Below are positions 37,020 to 48,761 of a DNA stretch of 64,000 nucleotides, piece after piece (position 1 is the stretch's first letter; each line of letters starts with the position of its first letter). Under the pieces are notes generated by a model. That model did no database searches and was not told the DNA's origin. It was given only the letters and a program-made list of their open reading frames with translations. The translations under genes were made by a program, and so were the position numbers. Location of the stretch: contig MEDY01000003.1 of assembly GCA_001724265.1 (NCBI GenBank), positions 62,001 to 126,000 on the forward strand, in the 5' to 3' direction. The DNA comes from Rhizaria sp. SCN 62-66. Taxonomy: Eukaryota.

Positions 37020-37750
37020 AGGCCGAAAAAATCTGTCAAAAGTGTTGCAAGTCGAGTCTCGAAGAGGGGGGAAAGTCTAAAGAGAAAAGAACAAGCTGCA
37101 ACGCAGGTGCAGAGGAGGGCGAAGACAACAGCGGGCAGAAGAGAGGTCAAATAACAAGAAGAACGCTGTGAGATTCAAATTCAACGATGGTGCAGAGTAG
37201 ATTGGTTCTTTAATCGCACATGCATTGCATGACAATTCAAGAGGGCAACACCATCGGTTGGGATGGATGCGGGACGATAAGCCAAGTTTGAACTGGCGAG
37301 CTTCAGAGCGAAAGCAAAAACAGGTGTGGAACTAGGCATAGACGCATCCTAATAAAGTCAGCAGAATACTGCACGATAAACCATGCGTCAACACATATTC
37401 CATTAAAATGCCATCGTATAACAACATCGACAGCGGACACCGTGATCGCGTGATACAAATCGCATTCACCGGGAAAAACGGTCGCTCGGTGCTCACAGTC
37501 CCCTCTCACTGGTCAAGCCACAAAGCAGCACGCCAGACCCGAATCGGACCGCCTTTTCAACCTTGCTTTGCACTTGAATCCCTCGTTTCTTCGACATTTT
37601 GACCTCGTCCTGATATAAACCCGCATTAATGGAGAACTCTCCTTAAATAATATTGTCATAACCTGTATGAATACTGATATGTGGACCTGATCTTATCGTG
37701 GCCCCCTTGACTTGGCTTCGGTCTTTTGCCCTGTGCAGTCCCTCGTCCCG
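37020..37750. promoter_or_regulatory. Divergent intergenic region between dynein and ALDH (probable shared promoter)
   Basis: Lower-GC 731-nt gap between head-to-head start codons; inferred from position only. Confidence 0.5.
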
Positions 37751-39433
37751 ATGGCGACACCGACCTACACCGTCGAAGACACGCTCTTCAACTTCATCAA
37801 CGGTGAGAAGACTCGCGCTTCCACCAGCGAATACCTCGACAACTTCGAGCCCGCCAAGGGTACGCCTATGTCGAAGGTGCCGCGCTCCTCGTCCCAGGAC
37901 GTCGATGCTGCGATCAAAGCTGCCAAGGACGCCCTCCCGGCGTGGTCCGCGCTCGCCCCGACCGAGCGCGCTGACTACCTCGACAAGATTGCCGCCGCCA
38001 TCACCGCGCACATGCATGAGCTGGCCGTGATTGAGTCCCGCGACACCGGCAAGCCTCTCTCCCTCGCGCTCGCGGTCGATATCCCACGCGCGCGCGACAA
38101 CTTCGCCTTCTTCGCGGGCGCCATCCGCCACGACTTCACCGAGTGCCACACCATGGGCGGCAACCTTGCCGACGGCCCGCTTACCGTGGACGGCCGCCCC
38201 AACACCATGGCGGTGAACTACACGCAGCGCCGCCCCGTCGGCGTCGCCGGCCTCATCACGCCCTGGAACCTCCCTCTGTACCTGCTCTCCTGGAAGGTTG
38301 CGCCCGCGCTCGCCGTCGGCAACACCGTCGTCGCCAAGCCGTCGGAGTTTACTCCGCACACTGCCACGGTGCTGGCGCAGATCTGCCACGCCGTCGGCCT
38401 GCCCCCGGGCGTCTTCAACGTCGTCCACGGCACCGGCGCCGTCGCAGGCCAGGTGCGTATAACGGTGCATATCTCGCTGGCATAATACTATATGTTGACA
38501 AATCGCCCGCATATGTTGTTTTAATTCTTATTTACGCATACTTGTATTGTCTTATGTTGAAACTCCAACATCTCACTCACTAAATCCTCAATTCTGTACC
38601 ACTGACCTCGCGTCCGATCGCTCTAGGCTCTTGTCGCGCACAAGGACGTTCCCCTTATCTCTTTCACCGGTGGCACGGCCACGGGCGCCACTGTTTCCTC
38701 CGTTGCCGCGCCCCTCTTCAAGAAGGTTTCCCTGGAGCTGGGCGGCAAGAACGCGTCGGTGGTATTTGACGACGCCGACCTCAAGGAGGCCGTGGCCATC
38801 GCCGCACGCTCGGCCTTCACTAACCAGGGCCAGGTCTGTCTCTCCGGCTCGCGCGTCTTTGTCCACGCCGCCGTCTACGACGAGTTTCTCGACAAGTTCG
38901 TCGCCGCCGCGCGCGCGCTGATCCCCGGCGACCCCGCGACGGCCAACTTCGGCGCCGTCGTCTCGGAGCTCCACTTCAACAAGATCATGTACTACATCGG
39001 GGTGGCCAAGCAGGAGGGCGGCCAGATCCTCTGCGGCGGCGGCAAGCCCGAGTCGCTCCCCGCGGGCTTCGAGAAGGGCTTCTTCGTCGCGCCTACGGTC
39101 GTAGCCGGGCTGTCCCCCGACGCGCGCTGCTCGCAGGAGGAGATCTTCGGGCCCGTGATCGTGGTGCACAAGTTCTCCGACGAGGCAGAGGTGCTGCGCT
39201 ACGTCAACGCCTCGCGCTACGGGCTCGCGGGCTCGCTCTTCACCACGAACCTCAAGCGCGCGCACCGCTTCGCGCAGCAGTGGGAGACGGGCATGGTCTG
39301 GGTCAACTGCTGGCTGCAGCGTGACCTTCGCGTGCCCTTCGGCGGCGTCAAGCAGAGCGGCGTCGGCTCGGAGGGCGGCAGGCTCTCGCTCGAGTTCTTC
39401 TCGCACCAGAAGAACATCTGCATCAAGCTCTGA
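37751..39433 (+). CDS. ALDH8A1: Aldehyde dehydrogenase, ALDH8A1 / 2-aminomuconate-semialdehyde dehydrogenase-like, 502 aa; exons 37751-38452 and 38627-39433
   Basis: PWNLPLYLLSWKVAPA, KPSE, ISFTGG, LELGGKN (catalytic Glu), NQGQVCLSGSR (catalytic Cys), EEIFGPV, WVNCWLQRDLRVPFGGVKQSG. Phase-0 intron CAG|GTGCGT...CTCTAG|GCT. Ends TGA. Confidence 0.9.
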
Positions 39434-39805
39434 ACGGACTACAGCGATGTAAACGACTAACCTATAGCTTCCACACGTGTTGTCTTGGTATGCTAGAAAA
39501 TTAATGTCAGCTGCTACTTTAATATAATACAAGGGGCCACTTTTCTTGCGATATGTGTTCATCTTAGCAATCGGCATATTTAACCACAAAATGCAAACTA
39601 CATCATGTTGCATCATGCATGTTGCTTTGACTTGAAGGCTTGAGACTTGTATGCTAAATATAAGCATAAATATAAGCATGATATGCAATGATACGGTGAA
39701 CTCAAACTATGTATAAACTCTCTATATAGTATAGTCAATAATAATAAAAAGCACTTCTTAAGACAAGATAAACATGACTAAATACTCTCCTCAGGTGCTT
39801 ACGAG

Positions 39806-42800
39806 TCAGTACTCGTCAATATCGTCCATGCTTCCACGCCTACCAAGTCGTCCCTTGCGGCGACGTTCGTCCCACTTCGCAGCCAGTGCATCCGGCGACG
39901 CCGCGCGCGGCCCGGCGTCGGGATTCTCGCGCAGAAACATCACCTCATCGTGGCCGGCGATCGTGCCGGGACCGTGGGAGCGCGCAAGTCCGCTGACGAC
40001 GCGACCTTTATTGTTACTTGCAAAGGCAGAGGTGGGGAGGCCAGAAAAACCGCCCCCACGCTTGCTAGAAGCGTTGCTCGCGACATTGATACCGCGATTG
40101 TGAGCGGCATTGGTTTTGTCAACAATGGCGCCGCCGACCATCGCTGAAGGGCGCGATGTGAGTAACGTATGCGCAGGTGCTAAGTGCAATGATAGCCGCA
40201 GCTGCTGCTCGTCCTGCTCTTGGTTCGCCTCAAGCTCGGAATACATACTGGCAGCAGCCGTCGCCGCAGCAGAGGCCGCAGCCGCTGCGTTACCTGTCCC
40301 CGCGCCAGTGCCAGCGCCAGCGCCGCCACGGGGACTAAACGCGCTGTAGCGGGCCGAGAACGAGCCACCCTGGCCGCCGTGTGGCGTATTGCCGCTACCG
40401 GGGAACCGAGGTGACATCGCACCGGTAGTATCCGCGCTTGCTACAGTCAAGTCGGAAGCTTCAATCTCTCCAAGGAACGCATTGATCTGGCCGTGGTATC
40501 GGGAGTTGAAGATGGCGAACATGAACTCTTTGAATGTTGCAGGTTCGTTCGAGGTCAAGTGTGCGTTTGATGTCACTGAAATAAACCTCTCATCAGACTG
40601 AAACACTCGCAGCATCTAAGTATGAAACAAAAGCGGGGTGAAATTAGAAAAGAACAAAGCGTGAGATAATCAGGTGAACACAAACATAACTATCGGTCAT
40701 TGGTGTCTCTAGTGATTTTGCTTTCTTTGGTTTGACGTACGTCTTGCCTCCGCTGCACGTATACACCACCGTGCTTAACCACTGCGAGGTTGCCGCAGGC
40801 ACTCCGTCCACCTGCAGCAGGCGCCTTGGCCGCACGGGCAACGTTTTGGGCAATCAGCTGCAGGGTGGACAGTGCGCTTTGACCCGCGTCCGCACTTGCA
40901 CTGTCATAAGCGTCTGCTGCGCCAGATCTAGTGTCATTGTTGTTGGCTGGCTTTGCGGCTGTTGCTGCGGCCTCTGCAACAAGCTTCGCCATATAGTTCG
41001 ACTGGCATGACGCAAGCCAGGACTCGCGCGCTACCGCAACAGCCGCGCTCCGCGAAGAGCGCAAGTGCGCAGGCAGCGACAGGTCTGCAGCCCACTCCAC
41101 GAAAGAGTCCTACAAATGAGTGCATAAACATGAAACATAATCATCATGGCATCATGACAGGTTAGATATTTTGTGACAATGCAAAATCAATCGGCAAAAT
41201 GGCTTCATTGTGATGTCAATCGTCTCAACCAACTGTAGAACTCTCGTATCCGTACCCTCATGTCAGTGACGAGCGCGAGCGTGAGCTTCGCGGGGCACGT
41301 TAGCGCAATCATCCGTTCAATATCCTCCTTCCCGGCCTGTGGAAAGTACATCTTAAGCAGCTGTGGCAGCGTAATGCGGTTGTTAGAGAAGCGCGAGAGC
41401 GTCGAAAGCGCTGGCACGCTGCCGCCGCTGCTGTTGCCACCGCCAAGGCCACCCAGACTGGAGCCTCCGAGAGAGCCTCCAGAGCTGTGATGGGAGTCGA
41501 AGTGACCGAGAGAACTGGATATTGACGCAGCAGATGCGGTGCCGGAGGCAGAGGCGGCTGCTGTGTAGTCGGTGTGGATGTCAGCGCCGCGGATGCTAAG
41601 TGATCGGACAAAGAGATTTTGAGAGAAAAATCGCTATGAGAAGGAAATAATACCAAAACAAACATATGCAACAAATTCATGCGTGAACCAAACATTAGGG
41701 CATTCAAAAACCAATGTGCGTACCCAGTGAGACTGTCTACGGTGATGAACCCCTTCCTCTCGGGATCCAGCGACACGAAGGTCCGGTACGCAGCCATGAG
41801 CCGCCGCCGGTGGTCCAGCCGCGTCGCCGAAAAGCGCAGGCCGAGCGCGCGCGGGTTGATGCCGTACATGGCGCCGCGCTCGTGCGCCGCGGAGGTGGCG
41901 CACCTGGCGGCCCCGGGGAGTCCCGCGGCCGTGCTCGCGCTGGCGCGGTTACTGCTCTGGGCAGTGCTGGGGCGGATCGGTGCATGTGAGGTCGCACCAG
42001 CACTGTGCCTCACACCAGCTGTCGAGGCTGATGCAGGCCGAGCCTTGTTATCGCTGGGGCCAGCAGAAGCAGGTCGATGTTGCTGTTTGTTAGCAGATGA
42101 CGCTGGTGTTGTTGCTGACGTCGGTGACTCGGTTGCCACGAGTAACCCAGTGTCAACATCGTCAGCTTCGCTGTTAGCAGCAGAGTGACTGTAAATGTAG
42201 GTACCGTCAGTGTGAGCAGCGGCCAGTGGCGACACGGGCAAAAGGTTTTTCCCCGGAAATGTAACCAGCAGCGCGTGCCACAGCGGCCGCGCCGCGGCGT
42301 CGCGCACCCGGTCGGACAGCAAGAGCTCGTTGGACGTCTCGCCCCAGTGCAAAACCTGTGCACGCAAAACGCCGAGTAGAAAGACAAAAGTGAGCATTGG
42401 TCGGAAATTATAAAGGTGAAATCCACTCTGGTTTCATCAAGACTCATAAACGTACCGGTGCGCGTAGAAACGGGTGCATAAGCACCACTGCGACGAGTTG
42501 CTGCGCCGACACGGCGCCGTGCTGCTGCACGGCGGCCGTGCGGGCGTGGTGCGCGGTCGGCGCCAGCGCCAGCGCGGCGGCAAGGCGCACAGCCGGGTGC
42601 GTCGGCGGCAGGTAGGAGCGCGGCGCGCGCGAGCAGCAGCGGATCGCAGACTGCACCTCAGCCACGCCGCTGCCGGCGCCGCCGAAGCCGCCGTACTTCG
42701 AGCTGGAGTAGGCTGCGGCGAGAGCAGCGGGGTTGGGGTTGTCCGGATCGTCATTCGCCGTGTTGCTGATGTTGCTGTTAAATGCTTCTGCGTCTGAGAA

Positions 42801-43964
42801 GAGCTGTTCGGGACCACTAGAGTTAGTCCCGATGCTCGCGTTTAACCTGTTGTTGGTAGTGTTGCTATTGTTGTTCTTGTTGGCGCTCGCGTCGGAGTCG
42901 GAGTCTGCGGCTGCAATGTCGCTGGCGATAGAGCGGGCCAGAACGTCCGGCGTCAGAGTCGCTACGATGGCCAGTTCAGTCGCAAAACGCACTATGAAGC
43001 GCAAACCAAACAAAAACAATGATACGACGAGGTGGGGTAATGATGGCTATTTTGTGAAGCTTAAATGAATCTCGCTACGTGTACCTTTGATTATGCGAAT
43101 TCATATGCGCAGTCTCCTGTGAGCTTACCTAGATCTGTGTGGCTCGGCACTGGCATGCGGAGAATCTTGCAGCCAGCAGTGACAGCAATAACAATGAGCG
43201 TCTCGAACGGGGTGTAATTCATGCGAAATTCGTCATCGAAGTTGAACATCTCAAACAACATCTGTACAACAAAGCACGTAAAAAAAAGACAAATATAAGA
43301 AGTTCCTCATGTAGATAAGCACGGTTTCTGCTGAATCACAAGCTTTCATCTATCATATTCAAAATTGATTTCGTTTCTGTGTGATATATCACCTGAATAA
43401 ATGTCAAACTTACTGCAATCTTCTGGGTCGCAGTGCACTTGCGAGCAAGCAGAATCATGGCTACGAATAGCTACTGGACGTTGAATGCCAGGCGGGACGG
43501 CGCGGGGTCAAACATGGCCCAAATATAGCGCAGCTGCTCATCTGTGATGGTTGGAACAAGAGATACGAGCGCGGCATGAGTGAGAGGAAGGTAAAGAGAT
43601 GAAGTTGAGTAACGTCTGCACGATAACAACAAGCAGTCGGACTGGGACGCATAGCAACGGCACGTAGGAATAATGTTCGGGTGTCGTACATGTGAAGTGG
43701 GGAAACACGCGCATGAGTGTGTGTGCGTTTGTTTGCCACCCATGACCCTTCTGGATCGAACGGAACTTGCGCTCACGACCACGAATGCGACCCAACGCTG
43801 AACCGAGTGAAAGCAAGGAATATCACAAAAAGGAGTGGGGATGGTGAGATTAAGCTGCGGGCACCGGGTACAAAAAGAGCTGGTTAAATGTGATATGTGT
43901 GCGTACGCTCAGAAATTAGCATGAGGTCCTGCTCGAGCTCGGGGGCGCCGTGTTGGTTACCCAT
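39806..43964 (-). CDS. EF-hand-like protein with an N-terminal MG (possible myristoylation), 1,045 aa, containing an in-frame TAG at codon 87; exons 43964-43907, 43797-43740, 43615-43414, 43261-43129, 42991-42456, 42355-41724, 41595-41256, 41109-40741, 40615-39806
   Basis: Eight GT-AG introns with mutually consistent phases (total 3,138 nt). Starts MGNQHGAPELEQ. EF-hand-like segments: IWAMFDPAPSRLAFNVQ*LFVAMILL, QKIAMLFEMFNFDDEFRMNYTPFETL, YRTFVSLDPERKGFITVDSL, TFKEFMFAIF. Ends TGA. Confidence 0.72.
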
Positions 43965-44410
43965 AGTGAGATGCTCAACGGCTAGAGGCCGACTAAGGTG
44001 GCTGTTCTGGTTCTTGCTAAAAGCCTACGCAATTATTATATTGAAAAGGAATTATTAAGTAAGTATACATTTTCACAATAGGACCTAAACTTGCGTTGAC
44101 GGAAAAATGACGGTATTCAGCTTGGAAAAATCAAGGGTACCTCGAAGCCCCTCGACTCGAGGCTGTTGGAGCTCTAGACAGTGCGACCAACTCTCCACCA
44201 TGAACCAATCACATCACAATCGTCAGCTGGTATCACGTTCCTCTTGAATAGCATCAACGCATTAGCGTATCTATTTTATTTAATTTTTTTCCTCATCAAC
44301 CCTTCTCTATCCCTGTCTTTGCTCCACCTTGCCACAGCTCTCACACACTCTCGACAACCAGCAACGACTCTTCCCCCATCCTCAGTCTCCACACACGCAC
44401 GCATCCCAGC
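43965..44410. promoter_or_regulatory. Divergent intergenic region between the EF-hand gene and TFIP11
   Basis: 446-nt AT-rich gap between head-to-head genes; inferred from position only. Confidence 0.5.
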
Positions 44411-47400
44411 ATGTCCCAGGGCCCGCCACCCCAGACGCGGCAGTGGTGGGACGAGACCGACGCCGATGAGAGCGCTGCTTGGAACGTCTCCCGCGTACGT
44501 CACGCTCTAACAAAGCGTATCATTATCAGATCCTCATATCCATCCGACCAACTGTCATTCAACGCAAGCGCTCGCACGTGTTCTTGACCATCTCCTGATG
44601 TGGGACTACTCTGCTATAAAATACTCATGCGTCTACATTTTTCCTTGGCCATTTTTCTTCTTTGCTTCATTCTTCGCTCATCCCCGGCTCAGAGCCTCGG
44701 CCCTGCCGGCTCGATGGCCATCAAGCCCATCCGCTTCGTCTCCGGCGGTCTTGCCGAGCCCAAGCTCGCTGAGTCCAAGCTCCTGCCCCCCGTCACTGCG
44801 CCGGGCGCCAGCTCCGCCGCAGGCCCGTGGCCCGCTCCCGCCGTCCCGGGCGCGGGTTCTAGTGCAAGCGCCGCCACCGACTCAGCGTCCTCCCCGGCCA
44901 CTGTTGATGACAGCAGCAACAACAACGCCGACAGCGGCGACCCCATGAACAACCCCGTGCTCGCGTCGTTCCTGAAGCGCGAGCAGGCGCACCTGGCCGC
45001 GCGCGCCGCCGCCGCGGCCGCCGCGCCGCGCGTCATCAAGCACGACCCAACGCTGGGCCGCTTCGAGCGCTACACCAAGGGCTTCGGCATGAAGATCCTG
45101 CGCATGTACGGCTTTCGCGGCGCGCTGGGCAAGACGGAGCAGGGCGTGACGGGGCACGTTAACGTTGTAGTGCGGCCCAAGAACGCCGGTCTGGGGTACG
45201 TTACCGAGGCCAAGAACGAGGAGCTAGACGCAGACAGCCGCGAAGCCGCCGCGGGCAGCCAAGACAAGAAGAAGGGCGGTGGTGACGGCGACGGCAAGAG
45301 CGCGTTTGAGCGGCAGCTGGACGCTCTGTGGCGCGCCGACTCCACCAACAGCAACAGCAACAGCGTCAGCGGCGGCAAGGCCGGCAAGGGCAAGGGCGGC
45401 GTCCGCACCGTCGCGGAGATCGTCGCAGACCGCGAGCGCGCCAAGTCGGCCGCTGGCGGCGCTGGCGCGGGCGCCGTCGACGAGATTATGCTCCAGGGCA
45501 ACGACCTGCTGTTCAGCGGCGCTGGCGCTGGCTCCGGCGCGGGCACTGGTGCGGGCGTATCGCTAGCAACACTCGCCTCGCTTATGTCGTCGTCGTCCTC
45601 GTCGCTGAGCAGTGCGGCCAACACGGCGACCGACAGCGCCGACACGGGCATCGCGGACACGGCGCGCGAGCTCGCCGCCCTCAGCATCGGCGTCGCGCCC
45701 GCCGCGCCGCTCACGCCCGCGGCCGCCGCGGCAGAGGGCGCCCGCTGGGCCGCGGCCTTCAGGCGGCGACTGCGGCTCACAGTCGACCTGGCCGAGGACG
45801 ACGTCGTGACGGCGGAGCGCAAGCGCGAGCGGGAGGAGAAGGCGCTGGCGCGCATGCAGCAGCGGCAGGCCGAGCTGGAGGCCGAGGCAGAGGCGGAGGC
45901 GGAGGCGGCTGCGCGGCTGGACTGCGTCATCGCCGTCGTCACGAAGCTCAACAGCAAGCTCGCTGCGATCACAAGTAAAAACAGCGTTAGCAGTGCTGAC
46001 GCTGGTGTATCCAGTCAGAGTCTGAATCCGAGTCCGAGTCAGTCCGGCGAGGTCGCCGGCCCCGCCGCGGCCGTGCTGGCACAGCTTCAGGAGGTCCGCC
46101 TCGCGCTTGACACGCTCGTTTTCGACTACCCGCGCGACTTCGTGCACCTCAAGCTCGCCGCGCTTGTCACCGCGGTCGCCAAGCCGCTCTGGGTTTCGCT
46201 CTTCGACGCGTGGCACCCATACCACAATATCAACAAGAACAGCACCTCCAACAAGGACCGTAAGCACAATGGCGATGATTTCCTATTGCATGCGTCTGGC
46301 CAGAGCGCGTACCGCGACGTCGGGTTCATCTCGACCCCCGCGTTGTGCGACGAAATCGCGCTCTGGCGCGCCACGCTGACCGCCACGCACCGTGACGTCG
46401 CACTCAAAACCTCCAAGGCCCCGCAAGGCGCTCTGCTAGCATCCTTCCGCGCGCTGGCCAAGGAGGACGTCTACGGCGCGCTGCTGCGCAGCACCCTCGT
46501 CCCCCGCCTCGCTACTATTGCCGCGCTGTGGGAGCCCGCGGTGGTGGCGCACTCGCACGCCGTGGCGCTGGCCCTGTGCGCGCTGCGGCCGCTGTGCGGG
46601 GAAGTGCTGTTTGAGAGCGAGGTCGTCGAGGGCGTCATCGTGCCCCGGCTCGTAGAGAGCTGGACTGACGGCGCCGCGCTGGCAGGAGTGCGCCCCGATG
46701 GCCCCATGAGTACCGAGTGCTACAATGCCGCGAGCAAGCAACAGGGTGCTGTCATCGACCTGACCACGTCCGACTCACGCGCGCAGGCGCAGTCTCAGTC
46801 GAAATCGCCGCCACAGCCCCAGGCGCAGTCTCAGCACTGTGACTGGGCCCAAGGCTACCCGCAGCAGTGGACGTTTGCGTTCTTGCTCCCGCTTCCGACG
46901 CCAACGCGCGAGCAGCTGCTCCACTGTTGCATGCCGCTCACTGGCTCAAGTCTTAGCTCGAAGACTGCGAGTGCGAGCGCGAGTGCGGGTAGTAAGCTGC
47001 GGCCGCCGCTGGTGCCGCGCAGCGCCGTCGCGCCCCTTGCCGCGGCGGTCAGGGAGACCCTTGGCCGCTGGCTGCAGCGCTGGCCGACCGCCGTCTCCGC
47101 GCCCGCAGCAGTCAACAGCACAGTCACCGTCTCTGTCAGTGTGAGTGCGGCAAATGATGCGACTGTGGTGCCTGTTGTTGCGGCGCATCTGGCGCGCTTA
47201 GCCGCCCCGGCCGCGCTTGAAGCGATTGCCCCGTGGGTCACCGGGCTCCCGTTGCACGCGCTCCTGCTCCAAAGTCAAGCCGCCTCGTCCTCCCCCCAGC
47301 CTCAGTCCGGACCGAGCGCTGGCGCTGGCGGCTCTGGGCTGCTGAACTCGAGCACTGTGAGCAGCCCAGTGGTTGGCGTGTCGCCGCGCGCGCCCGCCGG

Positions 47401-48382
47401 TGAGAGCGCCTCGTGGCCGCGGTCCGAGGCCGCCAAATTCGTCACGCGCGCCGTGCTGCCGCGGCTCGCTGCGGCCACGCGGGCCGGGGTCACGGTCAGG
47501 GGCTGCGACGACTTCAACGCAGTCAGCCTCAACTCCAACGCTAGCACGAACAAGGTGAACATCAACGCGAGCTTCAATGAGGTGTTGGTTGCGGCCCCAG
47601 AGTCGGCAGCCGCGGTGGCGTCGCTGCTGTGCATGTGGTCGCTGGTGCTGTCCCCGGAGACCGTGAGCAAGTCGGTACTCGTGCCCCACGTGTTCCCGCA
47701 GCTCTTCGCCGCGCTCTACCATGGCCTCTCCACTCTCCAGCAACAGCAGCTGCACGGCGGCGACGCTGTTAGTAGCGCCGTTGCGGCAGCGGCGGCGGCG
47801 GCGCGCCGGGCCGCGCAGTGGCTTTGCGCCTGGCGTCAGTCCTTGCCGCGCGCAGTCGCCGAGTCCGCCTCCGCGAAGCCCCTGTGGACCGCGGCAGCGC
47901 GGCTGCTGGAGACGCTCACGGCCGCCGCGCTCGCGGCGCATGGTGGCAGCGCGGCCGCTGCGACTGCAGCGGCGGCGGCGGCCACGGACGCGGTGCTCGG
48001 GGCGATCCTGGCCCTCGAGGCCGCGGCGCAGACTCACACCGCTGCTTCGACGGCGGCCGCCGCGGGCGCTGGGCTCTACAGTGGCGGCGCGGGCCGGACG
48101 CCGCCCTCCGTGGGCCTCGGTGTGGGCGCGAACCTCGGCGACCGGCCGCTGCTGCTGCGCGAGGTGCTCGAGCTGCTGGCGGCGTCGGAGGGGCTCGTGT
48201 ACGCGCCAGACCGGCAGCGGCGCGTTGCCAAGGACGGGAAGCCGGTGTTCATGTTCGGCGAGCACGTGCCCGTCGTCGTCGACAACGAGGTTGCGTGGAC
48301 GCGCGCTGCCTCGGGCGAGTGGGAGGCCGTCACGCTCCAGGAGCTGCTCAACCGCGCGAAGCGCTTCACGGCTGTCGCGTGA
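44411..48382 (+). CDS. TFIP11: Tuftelin-interacting protein 11 / Ntr1 (Spp382), G-patch spliceosome-disassembly factor, about 1,257 aa; exons 44411-44494 and 44693-48382
   Basis: PIRFVSGG N-terminal motif, G-patch FERYTKGFGMKILRMYGFRGALGKTEQGVTGHVNVVVRPKNAGLGY, coiled coil, and C-terminal LREVLELLAASEGLVYAP...DGKPVFMFG block. Phase-0 intron CGC|GTACGT...CTCAG|AGC. Ends TGA. Confidence 0.85.
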
Positions 48383-48761
48383 AAACCACACTTTCCAGTG
48401 TATCTCTGCTAACATGAAATATTAAGACAAAATATTTTTTTATTTAAAGTGAATACAGTTTTATTATTTTGTTTTATTCCATAATTTTAAAATAAGTCTT
48501 TAATGACGAAAGATCAACTGTATTAGCATTTCTCCGTTTCTGAAAGCTGACGCCGAGCCAACTTGTTGCGATGTAACACTTGTAAGTTTATTGAATTGAT
48601 ATCTCTACAATTTTTGTTAACCACACGAGTAAAAATATAGAAAACAAATGTGTCGACCTGATCATATTAGCTATAAGCTCGGGCCGCGTAATTGATAAAA
48701 AGATCACTAATGTATAAAAATGAGACTGAAGCTATTTTTGTTGTTTTGTTGATTGTTGTGT

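Noticed and set aside
41309-41634. Alternative acceptor at 41634 and continuation of the 362-aa ORF
   Set aside because: Leads to a stop at 41309; the acceptor at 41596 keeps the frame into the ITLPQLLKMYFP block and the downstream exons.
43471-43473. Pyrrolysine or selenocysteine as the meaning of the internal TAG
   Set aside because: Sec uses TGA. Pyl machinery is not known in eukaryotes, none is visible here, and the position is not enzyme-active-site-like.
44136-44178. Cluster of KpnI, XhoI, SacI and XbaI palindromes resembling a polylinker
   Set aside because: No flanking vector-like sequence, it sits within a native-looking divergent promoter, and such a cluster can arise by chance in 64 kb.
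44600-44692. Signal-peptide-like N-terminus of the 1,260-aa ORF (MGLLCYKILMRLHFSLAIFLLCF)
   Set aside because: It is the pyrimidine-rich 3' part of the TFIP11 intron; the real first exon is 44411-44494.
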